Position numbers and translations under genes: made by a program. A DNA stretch of 64,000 nt, from contig JAKSOL010000001.1 in NCBI GenBank assembly GCA_024405635.1, positions 80,048 through 144,047 of the forward strand, read 5' to 3'. The notes under the pieces were generated by a model. The model was not told the DNA's origin. It saw only the letters and a list, made by a program, of their open reading frames with translations, and did no database searches. This DNA is from Salinivirgaceae bacterium. GTDB taxonomy: Bacteria; Bacteroidota; Bacteroidia; Bacteroidales; SZUA-534. Of this stretch, positions 37,129 to 45,025 are shown piece by piece (the first letter of the stretch is position 1; every line of letters begins with the position of its first letter).

Positions 37129-39450
37129 CTATTTTCCGGCTGCCGAGGTTCCGCCTGAATTTTCGCTATTGTTGTTGATGCGTTTGTAATCTGAACTGTT
37201 GTGCTTTTTGCCCCAATTGACTTTATAATTCACTTTTACCAAAAATACATTTTCGGCCATGTTGCTACGAATACTGCGTTTGTATCCAGCCAATTGGTTG
37301 CGGTTTTCGCTGTCAACTTTCCATGTCGATAGAAAAGGATTTAAGCAACTTGCTGTTACTGTCCATTGCTTGTTTATGCGGTAGTCAAGCGACAAAAGAT
37401 TAACAAACTCGTTGCCCTCCATTGTTTCGCCATAAAATGAGTTGTGTGGCAGTTGGGTTAACCATTGCAAAGTGAAATCGTAGTGCGATAGTTCGGCCGA
37501 AATTGTGCCAGCAAAATTGTCGAATGTGTGCGAGTAGTTGTTACCAATTGAGTAGGTGTGTAAGTAGCGCACGTTTCCACCAACCGATAGCCAGTCTTTA
37601 ATCAACTCGGCGCGTGCACTTAAACTATATTTTGTTGAGTGAAGAGCCTTTTGATTAGCCGACGAACTGATTATTTGAGTGTGGTCGTCGTTCCAACGTT
37701 TTTCTTCCATTATAGGTTTCCATACATGCGAATACGAAACTCCAACTTTTACGTAAAGGCGATTGGTGTTGTAGTCTTGTTCGGTTGCAATGTTCAATCC
37801 GATGTAGTTTTTTAGGTTTGAGTTACCTGTCGACGACTGGTAAGCATCAACTTGTTGCTCAACTTGGCTTAACTGTCCAATGCTTGGTGTGCGGTTAAAA
37901 ACTTCGCTTGTAAGGTTAAAGTTGGCTTTGTTTGACCATCGCCAATGATAGCGAACTCGTGGTTGTACAATGGTTGAACTAATGCGGTCAATGCCTTCCA
38001 TTTTGGTAAAATTGTGGTTCACGGCCAAACCAGCAGTCAAATCCATGTTGTTGGCAATGTTGTACATTCCCTCCACAAATGCGTATGTAAAGCCCGATTG
38101 TGTGTTAACGGTTGTGTCGTTCAACATTTTGTATATAGTTTCGGTATGCGCCAAATTTTGTTTAACGCCAACAGTGATGCGGCCTTTTTCAAAACCTTTC
38201 TCGTAATCAACTTCGCCATTAAATTTTAGTTGAGGTTCGGTTATTTCTGTGGCGGTGCTAAATGTGTAGTAGTATGCCGAATCGATGCTATTTTCGTTGT
38301 AAGTGCGCGCTGAACTACTTTTATACCAGTTTCCGTTGGCACTAACAATAATCATTTGGTCGTTTTTCAGTTTTCGGTGGTAGTAAATATTTCCCCACGA
38401 ATTGATAATTTTTGAATTATTGTGGTCTTGCGCAAATGTTCTATAATTTGACATGTTACTACTAATAATGCCATTGTAGTGTTGCGTAGATTTGTTACCG
38501 CCAATGCCACCGCTTACCGATAGTAATTGAAGCGAATCGGTGATGCTATATTCCAAATAACCACCCAAATTCTGATTGTTTAATTTGCCTTTTTGTCCGT
38601 CTTCTTTGCGAATAAGATACGAACCGTCGGCGTTTTGATATTTTTCTTCGTTGATGCGGTAAAGGTTTAGCTTTTGGCGGTTCATGTCCCACAAATTAAA
38701 ACTCAATGCCGATTTGCCTTTAAATACCTCTATTTCTCCCCAACAATCGTTAAAGTACAAGTTGTTTAGTGCCTGATTATGTTGAACCACAGCATTTCCA
38801 CCGCCATCGGGATTTTCAACAATAAAATCGATAACAGCCTTTGCATCGCCCCAACGCATCGATGGTTTGTCGTGATACTCAACACGTTTAATGTTATTGG
38901 GGTCGATGGCTCTAATTTGCTCAGCATTTACAGGTCGTCCGTTGATGCAGAGGGTAACGTTTCCGTTGTCGGCCAACGAAATTGATCCATCTACTTTGTT
39001 TACAAACACATCGGGAATCTTCAGTTTCGAAAGGAAATCGGTGCCGTTTGTGCATCGTGCTGCCATTCCTTCTTTTGGTACATAAAGTTGGCGGTCACTT
39101 TTGGTTATTATGCTTGGAGCTTCAATGGTAATCTCGTCAAGGTTTTGGGCATCGTTGTTCATAACAATGTCGCCAATGTTGCCAATGCTTGTTTCAATGG
39201 TTTTGGTTTGGTATCCAACTGAACTGAATCGCAAAATTGATTTGGGCTCGCTGCTTGCTATTACAAAATTGCCCTCAAAATCTGTTGTGGTTCCAGTTAT
39301 TATGCTCGAGTCGGTTTGATTTAGCAACGCTACGGTTACAAATTCAAGAGGTTGCGCATTTTCGTCAACCACACGTCCCTTAATTTCGTTCTTTGCTGAA
39401 AGTTGAATACTTACAGCAGTCATAATTAAAAATGATAATAAGCGTTTCAT
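37129..39450 (-). CDS. Outer-membrane beta-barrel / TonB-dependent-receptor-like protein with an N-terminal CarboxypepD_reg domain
   Basis: It has a signal peptide, IKGRVVDENAQPLEFVTVALL, and a plug-like region. The long beta-rich C-terminus ends in an aromatic-rich strand before a low-complexity tail. Confidence 0.75.
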   Translation of the reverse strand: MKRLLSFLIMTAVSIQLSAKNEIKGRVVDENAQPLEFVTVALLNQTDSSIITGTTTDFEGNFVIASSEPKSILRFSSVGYQTKTIETSIGNIGDIVMNNDAQNLDEITIEAPSIITKSDRQLYVPKEGMAARCTNGTDFLSKLKIPDVFVNKVDGSISLADNGNVTLCINGRPVNAEQIRAIDPNNIKRVEYHDKPSMRWGDAKAVIDFIVENPDGGGNAVVQHNQALNNLYFNDCWGEIEVFKGKSALSFNLWDMNRQKLNLYRINEEKYQNADGSYLIRKEDGQKGKLNNQNLGGYLEYSITDSLQLLSVSGGIGGNKSTQHYNGIISSNMSNYRTFAQDHNNSKIINSWGNIYYHRKLKNDQMIIVSANGNWYKSSSARTYNENSIDSAYYYTFSTATEITEPQLKFNGEVDYEKGFEKGRITVGVKQNLAHTETIYKMLNDTTVNTQSGFTYAFVEGMYNIANNMDLTAGLAVNHNFTKMEGIDRISSTIVQPRVRYHWRWSNKANFNLTSEVFNRTPSIGQLSQVEQQVDAYQSSTGNSNLKNYIGLNIATEQDYNTNRLYVKVGVSYSHVWKPIMEEKRWNDDHTQIISSSANQKALHSTKYSLSARAELIKDWLSVGGNVRYLHTYSIGNNYSHTFDNFAGTISAELSHYDFTLQWLTQLPHNSFYGETMEGNEFVNLLSLDYRINKQWTVTASCLNPFLSTWKVDSENRNQLAGYKRSIRSNMAENVFLVKVNYKVNWGKKHNSSDYKRINNNSENSGGTSAAGK

Positions 39451-39603
39451 TTTAAGTTTTAGTTTGGTGATTTTTAATTCTGAACTAATGACTTTTGCTG
39501 AATTAAAATGTTACACACAAACGATTATTTTTTTTTTTGAAAGCACTCTTATCTTTTTGCCAAAGTGTTGATTATTAGACTGTAAAGACGATTGCTTATA
39601 AAC

Positions 39604-39636
39604 AAAAAATCCGCCCCGAATTGAGGCGGATTTTTA
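39604..39636 (-). terminator. Terminator downstream of the fumarate hydratase gene
   Basis: The stem is atccgcc/ggcggat. On the minus strand it is followed by TTTTTT. Confidence 0.7.
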
Positions 39637-39657
39637 GTGCTATTTATTTGGTAACTG

Positions 39658-41310
39658 TTATTTCAAAATTGTGCAACCTGGATTTGGTTGTAGTTGTTTG
39701 AAAAAGTCGTTGCCTTTGTCGTCAACCAAGATAAATGCAGGGAAGTTTTCAACTTCGATTTTCCAAATGGCTTCCATTCCAAGTTCTGGATACTCAACAC
39801 ATTCAATTGATTTGATGTTGTTTTGAGCCAAGATGGCAGCTGGACCACCAATTGAACCAAGGTAGAAACCACCATGATCTTTACATGCATTAGTAACGTC
39901 GATTGAACGGTTACCTTTTGCCAACATAATCATTGATCCTCCGTTGTCTTGGAACTCGTAAACGTAAGGGTCCATACGTCCAGCGGTGGTTGGGCCCATT
40001 GAACCGCATGCCATACCAGCAGGAGTTTTAGCAGGACCAGCATAGTAAATAGGGTGGTCTTTCAAATATTGTGGCATGCCTTCGCCAGCATCCAAGCGAG
40101 CTTTAATTTTAGCGTGTGCAATATCGCGACCTACAATGATAGTACCATTCAAACTTAAGCGGGTGCCGATTGGGTATTTGGTTAAAATTTTGCAAACATC
40201 AGCCATTGGTTGATTCAAGTCGATTTTAACAGCGTCGCCTTCGCCAGCATTGCGCAATTCTTCTGGAATGAGTTCGTATGGTTTGTCGTCCATCTTTTCA
40301 ATCCAAATACCGTCTTTATTGATTTTAGCTTTAATGTTACGGTCGGCTGAGCAACTTACACCCAAACCAATAGGGCAACTAGCACCGTGGCGAGGTAAAC
40401 GAACTACGCGAACGTCGTGTGCCATGTATTTGCCTCCAAATTGAGCGCCCAAACCAATTTTGTAAGCCTCTTGAAGCAATTGCTTTTCAAGTTCAATGTC
40501 GCGGAATGCGCGGCCAGTTTCGTCGCCAGTTGTTGGAAGCGAATCGTAGTAGTGAGTTGACGCCAACTTAACTGTAAGCAAGTTCTTTTCGGCTGAAGTA
40601 CCACCAATAACAATTGCAATGTGATATGGAGGGCAAGCTGCAGTACCCAAACTCTTCATTTTTTCAACCAAAAAAGGAATAAGAGTGCCAGGGTTTTGTA
40701 TGCGAGCTTTGGTTTCTTGATACAAGTATGTTTTGTTTGCCGAACCGCCGCCTTTGGTTACGCAAAGAAAACGATATTCCATGCCTTGAGTAGCCTCAAT
40801 GTCAATTTGAGCAGGAAGGTTGCATTTTGTGTTAACCTCGTTGTACATATCAAGTGGCGCATTTTGGCTATAGCGAAGGTTTTCTTCGGTGTATGTTTTG
40901 TAAACGCCTTTTGCAATGGCTTCTTCATCTTCAAATCCAGTCCAAACTTGTTGTCCTTTTTCGCCGTGAACAATAGCGGTACCAGTGTCTTGGCAAAGAG
41001 GTAGTTTTCCTTTTGCGGCAATTTCGGCATTGCGTAAGAAGGTAAGTGCTACATATTTATCGTTGTCAGAAGCCTCTGGGTCGCGAAGAATTTTAGCTAC
41101 TTGTTCGTTGTGTGAGCGGCGAAGCAAGAAACTAACATCGCGAAAAGCTGCGTTGGTCATTTTTGTAAGTGCCTCTTCTGTTACTTTAAGGATTGGTTTT
41201 CCTTCAAATTCGCTAACAGAAACACCCTCTTTGGTTAAGAGGTAGTATTCGGTATCGTCTTTGCCCAATTGGAACATTGGGGCGTACTTAAACTCTGGTA
41301 TTGTTGCCAT
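39658..41310 (-). CDS. Class I (Fe-S) fumarate hydratase, fused alpha/beta type
   Basis: [20 protein letters not shown] and GPTTAGRMD, in a 550-aa protein typical of FumA/FumB-type enzymes. Confidence 0.9.
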   Translation of the reverse strand: MATIPEFKYAPMFQLGKDDTEYYLLTKEGVSVSEFEGKPILKVTEEALTKMTNAAFRDVSFLLRRSHNEQVAKILRDPEASDNDKYVALTFLRNAEIAAKGKLPLCQDTGTAIVHGEKGQQVWTGFEDEEAIAKGVYKTYTEENLRYSQNAPLDMYNEVNTKCNLPAQIDIEATQGMEYRFLCVTKGGGSANKTYLYQETKARIQNPGTLIPFLVEKMKSLGTAACPPYHIAIVIGGTSAEKNLLTVKLASTHYYDSLPTTGDETGRAFRDIELEKQLLQEAYKIGLGAQFGGKYMAHDVRVVRLPRHGASCPIGLGVSCSADRNIKAKINKDGIWIEKMDDKPYELIPEELRNAGEGDAVKIDLNQPMADVCKILTKYPIGTRLSLNGTIIVGRDIAHAKIKARLDAGEGMPQYLKDHPIYYAGPAKTPAGMACGSMGPTTAGRMDPYVYEFQDNGGSMIMLAKGNRSIDVTNACKDHGGFYLGSIGGPAAILAQNNIKSIECVEYPELGMEAIWKIEVENFPAFILVDDKGNDFFKQLQPNPGCTILK

Positions 41311-41366
41311 AGTAGTATTTATTTTTGTGTTAAAATTTGCTGCGAATGTAGTGAAAAGCCTTGGTA

Positions 41367-41984
41367 TTAATTTGGGGCTTCTAAATGTAGTTCGGTAATT
41401 AGTTTTTCAATCAAGTTGTTGCGCGATCGCATTTCGCTTAACCTTTCAAGTGGTGTTTTTTCGTAGTCTATGATAGGGCGTTTTCCTAGTGCTGATACGC
41501 AGAACTGAAGTTTTATGTTGTCATTTTTAAGTTCGCGACGTAAGGTCGTTTGCAAGTGCTGCAACACGTTTTTGTCCATGTAGTCTTTGTAGAACGATGT
41601 TTCAACGTAAAATGTTAATTGTGTTCCTAATGTAATAGTAGGTGCTTGATTTTCAAGAATTTGACCTAAATGTGGTAGGTTTTTCTTTATATGACGAGCA
41701 TACTCAATCCACACTTCGTGTAGTCGTTCGGCTTCAAAACTATTGTTTTGTATTGTTCCAGTATCTTGAGTTGATTCTGTTTTTTTGCCAATTTGGTTCA
41801 GCTTTGGGGTTGGCTGGTATCCTGTGTACACAGCGGGCCCCGTTTTCTTTTGGCTTATTGTAATGTTAGGTCTTCGATGTGTTGAGTTTGAAGCATTGGC
41901 GTTTGGCCCTATAATATTTAGTTCGGCCATTCGTTTTTGTCGCCATGCTAATTGTTTGGCTAAACGTCGTTCTCTTTTTTTTTT
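41367..41984 (-). CDS. dnaX: DnaX tau-specific C-terminal segment. It is open only in the -1 frame relative to the dnaX N-terminal ORF, and that frame opens inside the A11 run.
   Basis: The -1 frame reads (TGA)[28 protein letters not shown]... The C-terminal ~110 aa ([19 protein letters not shown]...[17 protein letters not shown]...[21 protein letters not shown]) resemble the C-terminus of Bacteroidota DnaX proteins. Confidence 0.7.
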   Translation of the reverse strand, partial: KKKRERRLAKQLAWRQKRMAELNIIGPNANASNSTHRRPNITISQKKTGPAVYTGYQPTPKLNQIGKKTESTQDTGTIQNNSFEAERLHEVWIEYARHIKKNLPHLGQILENQAPTITLGTQLTFYVETSFYKDYMDKNVLQHLQTTLRRELKNDNIKLQFCVSALGKRPIIDYEKTPLERLSEMRSRNNLIEKLITELHLEAPN

Positions 41985-43078
41985 TCAGCCTTCAAGTTGC
42001 ACAAACCAATAAGAGCCAACTCAACTACCAAGCGTTTGTTTTGTGTGCTACGGTAGTTTATCTCAGCATCGTTTAGGGTTCTTAGAGCATCAAAAATGAA
42101 CCAAGGTTCGCATTTTTGAGTTTGTTCAAGGTATTTGGCGCGAGTGCTATCGCCTGCTTCAATCAATTTTACAGTGCGCTCGTCTTTTGATACTAGCAAG
42201 TCGCGAAAATGTTTGCTCAAGCCCGAAAGAAATACTTGACCATCAAAACCTTTTTCAAGCACATCGTTGTATATGTCGAGGCATGTGTGAGAGTTTTCGT
42301 CAATTGCGGCATCAACAACCTTGAAAAAGTAATCGTAGTCTAGTACATTGAGGTTCGCAATGGCTTTTTCGTAAGTTATTTCGTTGCCCGAAAAGCTAAC
42401 TATTTGGTCAAAAATTGACAATGCATCGCGCATTGCGCCATCGGCCTTTTGTGCTATTATATTAAGAGCCTCAGGGTCGGCTGTAACACCTTCGCATTTA
42501 GCAACATATTCAAGATGTTTTGCTGCATCGGCTATTGTTATACGACCAAAGGTAAATACTTGGCAGCGCGATAATATGGTTGGCAACACTTTGTGTTTTT
42601 CGGTTGTTGCCATAATAAATACTGCATGTTGTGGTGGCTCTTCAAGTGTTTTCAAAAACGCATTAAAGGCGGCTGTGGTAAGCATGTGCACCTCATCGAT
42701 AATGTACACGCTGTAGTTGCCTATTTGTGGTTTTACGCGCACTTGGTCTATCAACGATCGAATGTCGTCAACTGAGTTGTTTGATGCAGCATCAAGTTCG
42801 TGAATATTGTATGAACGGTCTTGGTTAAATGCCATGCACGACTCGCATTCGTTGCAAGGCTCCATGTTGGCGGTTGGATTTAGACAATTTATTGTTTTGG
42901 CAAAAATGCGGGCGCATGTGGTTTTTCCAACACCGCGTGGGCCACAAAACAAGTAGGCATGTGCCATGTGTTTGTTCTGAATGGCGTTTTTTAGAGTGGT
43001 GGTAATTGCACTTTGACCAACAACACTTTCAAATGTTGTGGGGCGATATTTTCGTGCTGAAACAATAAACTCGTTCAT
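41960..43078 (-). CDS. dnaX: DNA polymerase III subunit gamma/tau, 0-frame product (372 aa, clamp-loader domains I-III, gamma-like)
   Basis: It has Walker A (GPRGVGKTT), a Zn module (CNECESC), the DEVH box (IIDEVHML) and the SRC motif (LSRCQ). The ORF ends 4 codons after the A11 run (..AEKKKENDV*). Confidence 0.92.
   Translation of the reverse strand: MNEFIVSARKYRPTTFESVVGQSAITTTLKNAIQNKHMAHAYLFCGPRGVGKTTCARIFAKTINCLNPTANMEPCNECESCMAFNQDRSYNIHELDAASNNSVDDIRSLIDQVRVKPQIGNYSVYIIDEVHMLTTAAFNAFLKTLEEPPQHAVFIMATTEKHKVLPTILSRCQVFTFGRITIADAAKHLEYVAKCEGVTADPEALNIIAQKADGAMRDALSIFDQIVSFSGNEITYEKAIANLNVLDYDYFFKVVDAAIDENSHTCLDIYNDVLEKGFDGQVFLSGLSKHFRDLLVSKDERTVKLIEAGDSTRAKYLEQTQKCEPWFIFDALRTLNDAEINYRSTQNKRLVVELALIGLCNLKAEKKKENDV
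41975..41985 (-). promoter_or_regulatory. A11 homopolymer (T11 on the + strand): candidate slippery site for -1 ribosomal frameshifting or transcriptional slippage in dnaX
   Basis: The minus strand reads GCT GAA AAA AAA AAA GAG AAC GAC GTT TAG. The -1 frame is open from the TGA immediately 5' of the run. Confidence 0.6.
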
Positions 43079-43151
43079 AATTCTTGTTGTAACTCCACAA
43101 ATATAAATAAAGCCTTATTTCTGCCGCGTAATACTTTTTAACAATTTAACA

Positions 43152-44441
43152 TCATTTTACTTTCAGTAGTTCGTTCCAATTGGTTGTGTAACGCTCTGAA
43201 AGGTGTTCGCGGCGCAAGTTATTGTTAAAAAGTGGTTGGGTATTGTCGTTATTTGGTTCCGATAGTTGTGCTGCAAGGCAAATTGTGTCGCGACCGTTTG
43301 CTTTGTTTATGCTGTCGATAAGTGCCGATAGTCGGTTGTCTTTGTCGCGTCGGTTTTGATTTTCGTCAAACATCGATGTTTGAATGGCATTGGCAGGGCT
43401 TATGTCGCATAGCACAACTCCAGCTTTTTTGTACTGAACGCCTTTTTTGAAAATCTTATGCAGCGCCAAACTGGCGGCCGATACAATTTCGTATGTGTTT
43501 GATGCAGCAACCTCAAGCATTTGTGTGCATGCGTTTGAGTATTGTTGCAGGTCGGTGCGGAATCGGTTTGAAGAAATAAAAACCATAACTGATTGTGCAG
43601 CACTATGTTGCTTGCGCAGTTTCATTGCACATTGAGCGGCAAAGTTGGCTATGTGGGTTTGCAGTTGCTCTTCGTTATCAACCATTTGTGCAAACGACCT
43701 CGATGTGCAAATGCTTTGTTTGTTGTCGCCTTTTTCAATGTCGATGCAGTCAATGCCATTTAGTTCTTTCCATGTTTGGGCGAGTGGCAATCCAAATTCG
43801 CGGCGAATATCTTTTTCGTTTAGTCTTAGAAAATCGGCGGCGGTTACTATTCCTTTTTGTTTTAGCGTTGGAATGGTTCTGCGCCCAATTCCCCAAACAT
43901 CTTCAATGGCAGTTAATTGCAACGCTTTCATTCGTTTTTCGTCGGTGTTTATTATACATGCCGATTTGTAGCCTTTGAGTTTCTTGGCAAATTTGCATGC
44001 TACTTTTGCCAGTGTTTTGGTTGGTGCAATGCCAATGCTAACTGGTATTCCTGTTGATTGATGTATGTTTTTTGCTAACGCAACAGCTTTTGTGTGAGGG
44101 AGTTGCTGAAAGTTATCAATAGCAAAAAACGATTCGTCAATTGAGTAGGGAATAATGTTGCCAATGGTGTTTGATAGTATGCTCATAACCCGGTGCGACA
44201 TGTCGCCATATAGCACGTAGTTTGATGAGAATGCTGTTACTATGTTGTTTTTGTCGTGTTCTTTGAGTTGATAAAACGGCATGCCCATTGGAATGTTCAT
44301 GGCTTTGGCCTCGTTGCTTCGCGACACAACACAACCGTCGTTGTTTGATAGCACTACAACAGGTTTGTTGTTTAGTTCGGGCCTAAACACTCGTTCGCAC
44401 GACACAAAAAAGTTGTTGCAATCAACCAATCCGTAGGGCAT
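43152..44441 (-). CDS. umuC: Y-family translesion DNA polymerase (UmuC-like, Pol V catalytic subunit)
   Basis: LVDCNNFFVSCERVFRPELNNKPVVVLSNNDGCVVSRSNEAK, YSIDESF and VWGIGRR, with the gene immediately downstream of umuD. Confidence 0.9.
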   Translation of the reverse strand: MPYGLVDCNNFFVSCERVFRPELNNKPVVVLSNNDGCVVSRSNEAKAMNIPMGMPFYQLKEHDKNNIVTAFSSNYVLYGDMSHRVMSILSNTIGNIIPYSIDESFFAIDNFQQLPHTKAVALAKNIHQSTGIPVSIGIAPTKTLAKVACKFAKKLKGYKSACIINTDEKRMKALQLTAIEDVWGIGRRTIPTLKQKGIVTAADFLRLNEKDIRREFGLPLAQTWKELNGIDCIDIEKGDNKQSICTSRSFAQMVDNEEQLQTHIANFAAQCAMKLRKQHSAAQSVMVFISSNRFRTDLQQYSNACTQMLEVAASNTYEIVSAASLALHKIFKKGVQYKKAGVVLCDISPANAIQTSMFDENQNRRDKDNRLSALIDSINKANGRDTICLAAQLSEPNNDNTQPLFNNNLRREHLSERYTTNWNELLKVK

Positions 44442-44461
44442 AGCAAATTATGTTCATTGGT

Positions 44462-44911
44462 TTAAATGCGCGAGTTGCGTTTTTTTATAGTATAGGTTAC
44501 TATGCCCCAAACCATAAAGTCGCTTTCGGGCTGAACTTCAATGTCTTTGTAGGCTTTGTTTCCCGACACTAAAAATAGTTTTCCCTTGCGTTGACTGATA
44601 AACTTTAATGCAAATTCGCCATCAATAAAGCACACTGCCATGTCTCCGTTTTGTGGTTCAAGCGATTTGTCAACTACTAAAACATCGCCTTCGTCAATGC
44701 CTTCATCTTGCATTGAATTGCCAACCACGCGAGCATAAAATGTGCTTGCTGGGTGTCTTACAAGTTCACGGTTCAGGTCAATCGACTGTTCAGCATAGTC
44801 TTGCGCTGGACTAGGGAATCCTGCGTGTACATCGCTACCAGCCAATGGAATTGACATGTACGATTGAGTTTCGGGCTCAAAAAATTCAATCTGGTTGTTT
44901 TGTGTGGCCAT
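44462..44911 (-). CDS. umuD: UmuD-like S24 peptidase (LexA-family self-cleaving accessory protein)
   Basis: HAGFPSPA, the Ser nucleophile in VVGNSM, the Lys in FALKF, and a size of 149 aa. Confidence 0.88.
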   Translation of the reverse strand: MATQNNQIEFFEPETQSYMSIPLAGSDVHAGFPSPAQDYAEQSIDLNRELVRHPASTFYARVVGNSMQDEGIDEGDVLVVDKSLEPQNGDMAVCFIDGEFALKFISQRKGKLFLVSGNKAYKDIEVQPESDFMVWGIVTYTIKKRNSRI

Positions 44912-44965
44912 TTTATGTGTGTTTCAGTTGGCAAAGTAACCAATTTGTGTAGGCTTTTTATCTAA

Positions 44966-45005
44966 ATAAAAAAGCCAGCCTTAATTTTTTTAAAGCTGGC
45001 TTTGG
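44966..45005 (-). terminator. Terminator downstream of the multi-sensor gene
   Basis: The stem is aaagccagc(44971-79)/gctggcttt(44995-45003). On the minus strand it is followed by TTTTTT. Confidence 0.65.
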
Positions 45006-45025
45006 AGTATTGTTTTGAGTTGTTG

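Noticed and set aside
44926-44945. Imperfect palindrome AGTTGG-N8-CCAATT 15-34 nt upstream of umuD as a possible SOS operator
   Set aside because: Only 5 of 6 positions match in short arms within AT-rich DNA. No LexA motif is established for this lineage that I can match, and UmuD itself has no DNA-binding domain.
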